Positions 63,266-64,000 of a stretch of DNA of 64,000 bases are shown here, one piece after another. This DNA comes from Chloroflexota bacterium. Lineage in GTDB: Bacteria; Chloroflexota; Dehalococcoidia; UBA2979. The notes under the pieces were generated by a model. That model saw nothing but the letters and a program-made list of their open reading frames with translations. It was not told the DNA's origin and ran no database searches. The stretch spans positions 27,038-91,037 of the forward strand of contig JAQCIU010000001.1 of the NCBI GenBank assembly GCA_027593235.1, given 5' to 3'. Position 1 is the stretch's first letter; every line of letters begins with the position of its first letter. Both the position numbers and the translations under genes were made by a program.

Positions 63266-64000
63266 CTACGCCTTGAGGAGGGTGCGGTTCGCCTGGATCG
63301 CGGAGCGCGCGAAGGTCTCGACGGCTTGTTGCTGCGCACTCGCATCGCCGGCCGCGACGATCTCGGCGGCCGGCAGCACGGCGCCGGTGAAGCCCTCGAT
63401 GTGCCAGGCGCCGAGAGCGAGCCCGGGGAACGCGTCCGGGTTGGGGGCGGGCGCGGGGCTGCTGTAGAAGTAGGGCTCCGGGTAGTAGCCGTCGCCCGGC
63501 TCCATCCCGAGGTTCACCGAGCGCGAGCGGGCGCCGCGTTCGTTCGGGTCGATCGGCATCGTGAACGCGATGTCCATGTGGTGCGGCCAGACGTAGAGCG
63601 GTGCGGCGTGCGGCTGTTGCGCTCGGATCGCCTCGAAGACGAGTGATGCGTTGTCGTAGTACCGGCTGAGCTCGGCGAGGGCAGGGCGGTTGCCGAGATC
63701 GAACTCTTGGCCGGCGACGCAGGGGACCGGCAGCCCTCGTTCAGCGTCCGTGAGCGGGCGCGGCAGCGCGGAGGCGGTGAGATTCGACGATCTGGCGGGT
63801 GAGCCAGCGGAAGAGGGTCTCGATCGCCATACCGTCCGCGGACTGAGTGGCGATCTCGTTGCCGCTGGTGTCCAGCAGGAAGACGGTGGCGTCCGCGGGA
63901 CGGATGCCGACGTGGAAGCGGACATCGGAGGGGACCTCCGCGCTGACGATGGCGTGGCGCTGGCGATCCCAGGTGAACGCGGAGTGGGTGTAGCTGCCGT
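63266..64000 (-). pseudogene. Gene of unknown function with an apparent frameshift near 63720-63790. The 5' end lies beyond the window.
   Basis: One minus-strand frame reads protein-like from the window edge (..VFLLDTSGNEIATQSADGMAIETLFRWLTRQIVES) and then hits TGA. The +1 frame becomes protein-like exactly there (..ALPRPLTDAERGLPVPCVAGQEFDLGNRPALAELSRYYDNASLVFEAIRAQ...) and runs to 63266. Confidence 0.4.

Overview
This is a high-GC (about 70%) bacterial chromosomal segment, probably from an Actinobacteria- or Chloroflexi-like organism. It is densely packed with about 60 genes on both strands and reads as an accessory or mosaic region. I found no rRNA, tRNA, CRISPR array or transposase.

The main contents are:
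- a VapBC toxin-antitoxin pair;
- a resistance-like cluster (ArsR-SRPBCC pair, aminoglycoside phosphotransferase, two GNAT acetyltransferases, a beta-lactamase-family serine hydrolase);
- a Hen1-Pnkp RNA-repair operon in which pnkp carries an in-frame TAG 65 codons before a conserved-looking C-terminus;
- a peptide-type ABC importer (binding protein plus two permeases, no ATPase) next to an LVIVD-repeat lipoprotein;
- an operon of two family-III CoA-transferases and an acyl-CoA carboxyltransferase;
- aconitase followed by a lower-GC GNAT cassette bracketed by 40-bp direct repeats;
- an inositol-3-phosphate synthase with an N-terminal Cro/YdaS-like HTH extension;
- a TetR gene divergent from a truncated MMPL transporter remnant;
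- PepN, SURF1, type II glutamine synthetase, a crotonase, an alkaline-phosphatase-family enzyme, a YyaL thioredoxin-domain protein, ketopantoate reductase, cytochrome c and a class IV aminotransferase;
- a minus-strand cluster ending in an HD-GYP sensor phosphodiesterase.

The non-coding features that most deserve a second look are a family of at least five elements placed directly after stop codons, each a UUCG-loop hairpin followed by an ACGCTTCGCGCC motif. Two of these form an inverted pair flanking a 400-bp ORF-free, hairpin-rich segment between glnII and ech. Other candidates are several tandem repeat arrays and an apparent frameshift at the window end.
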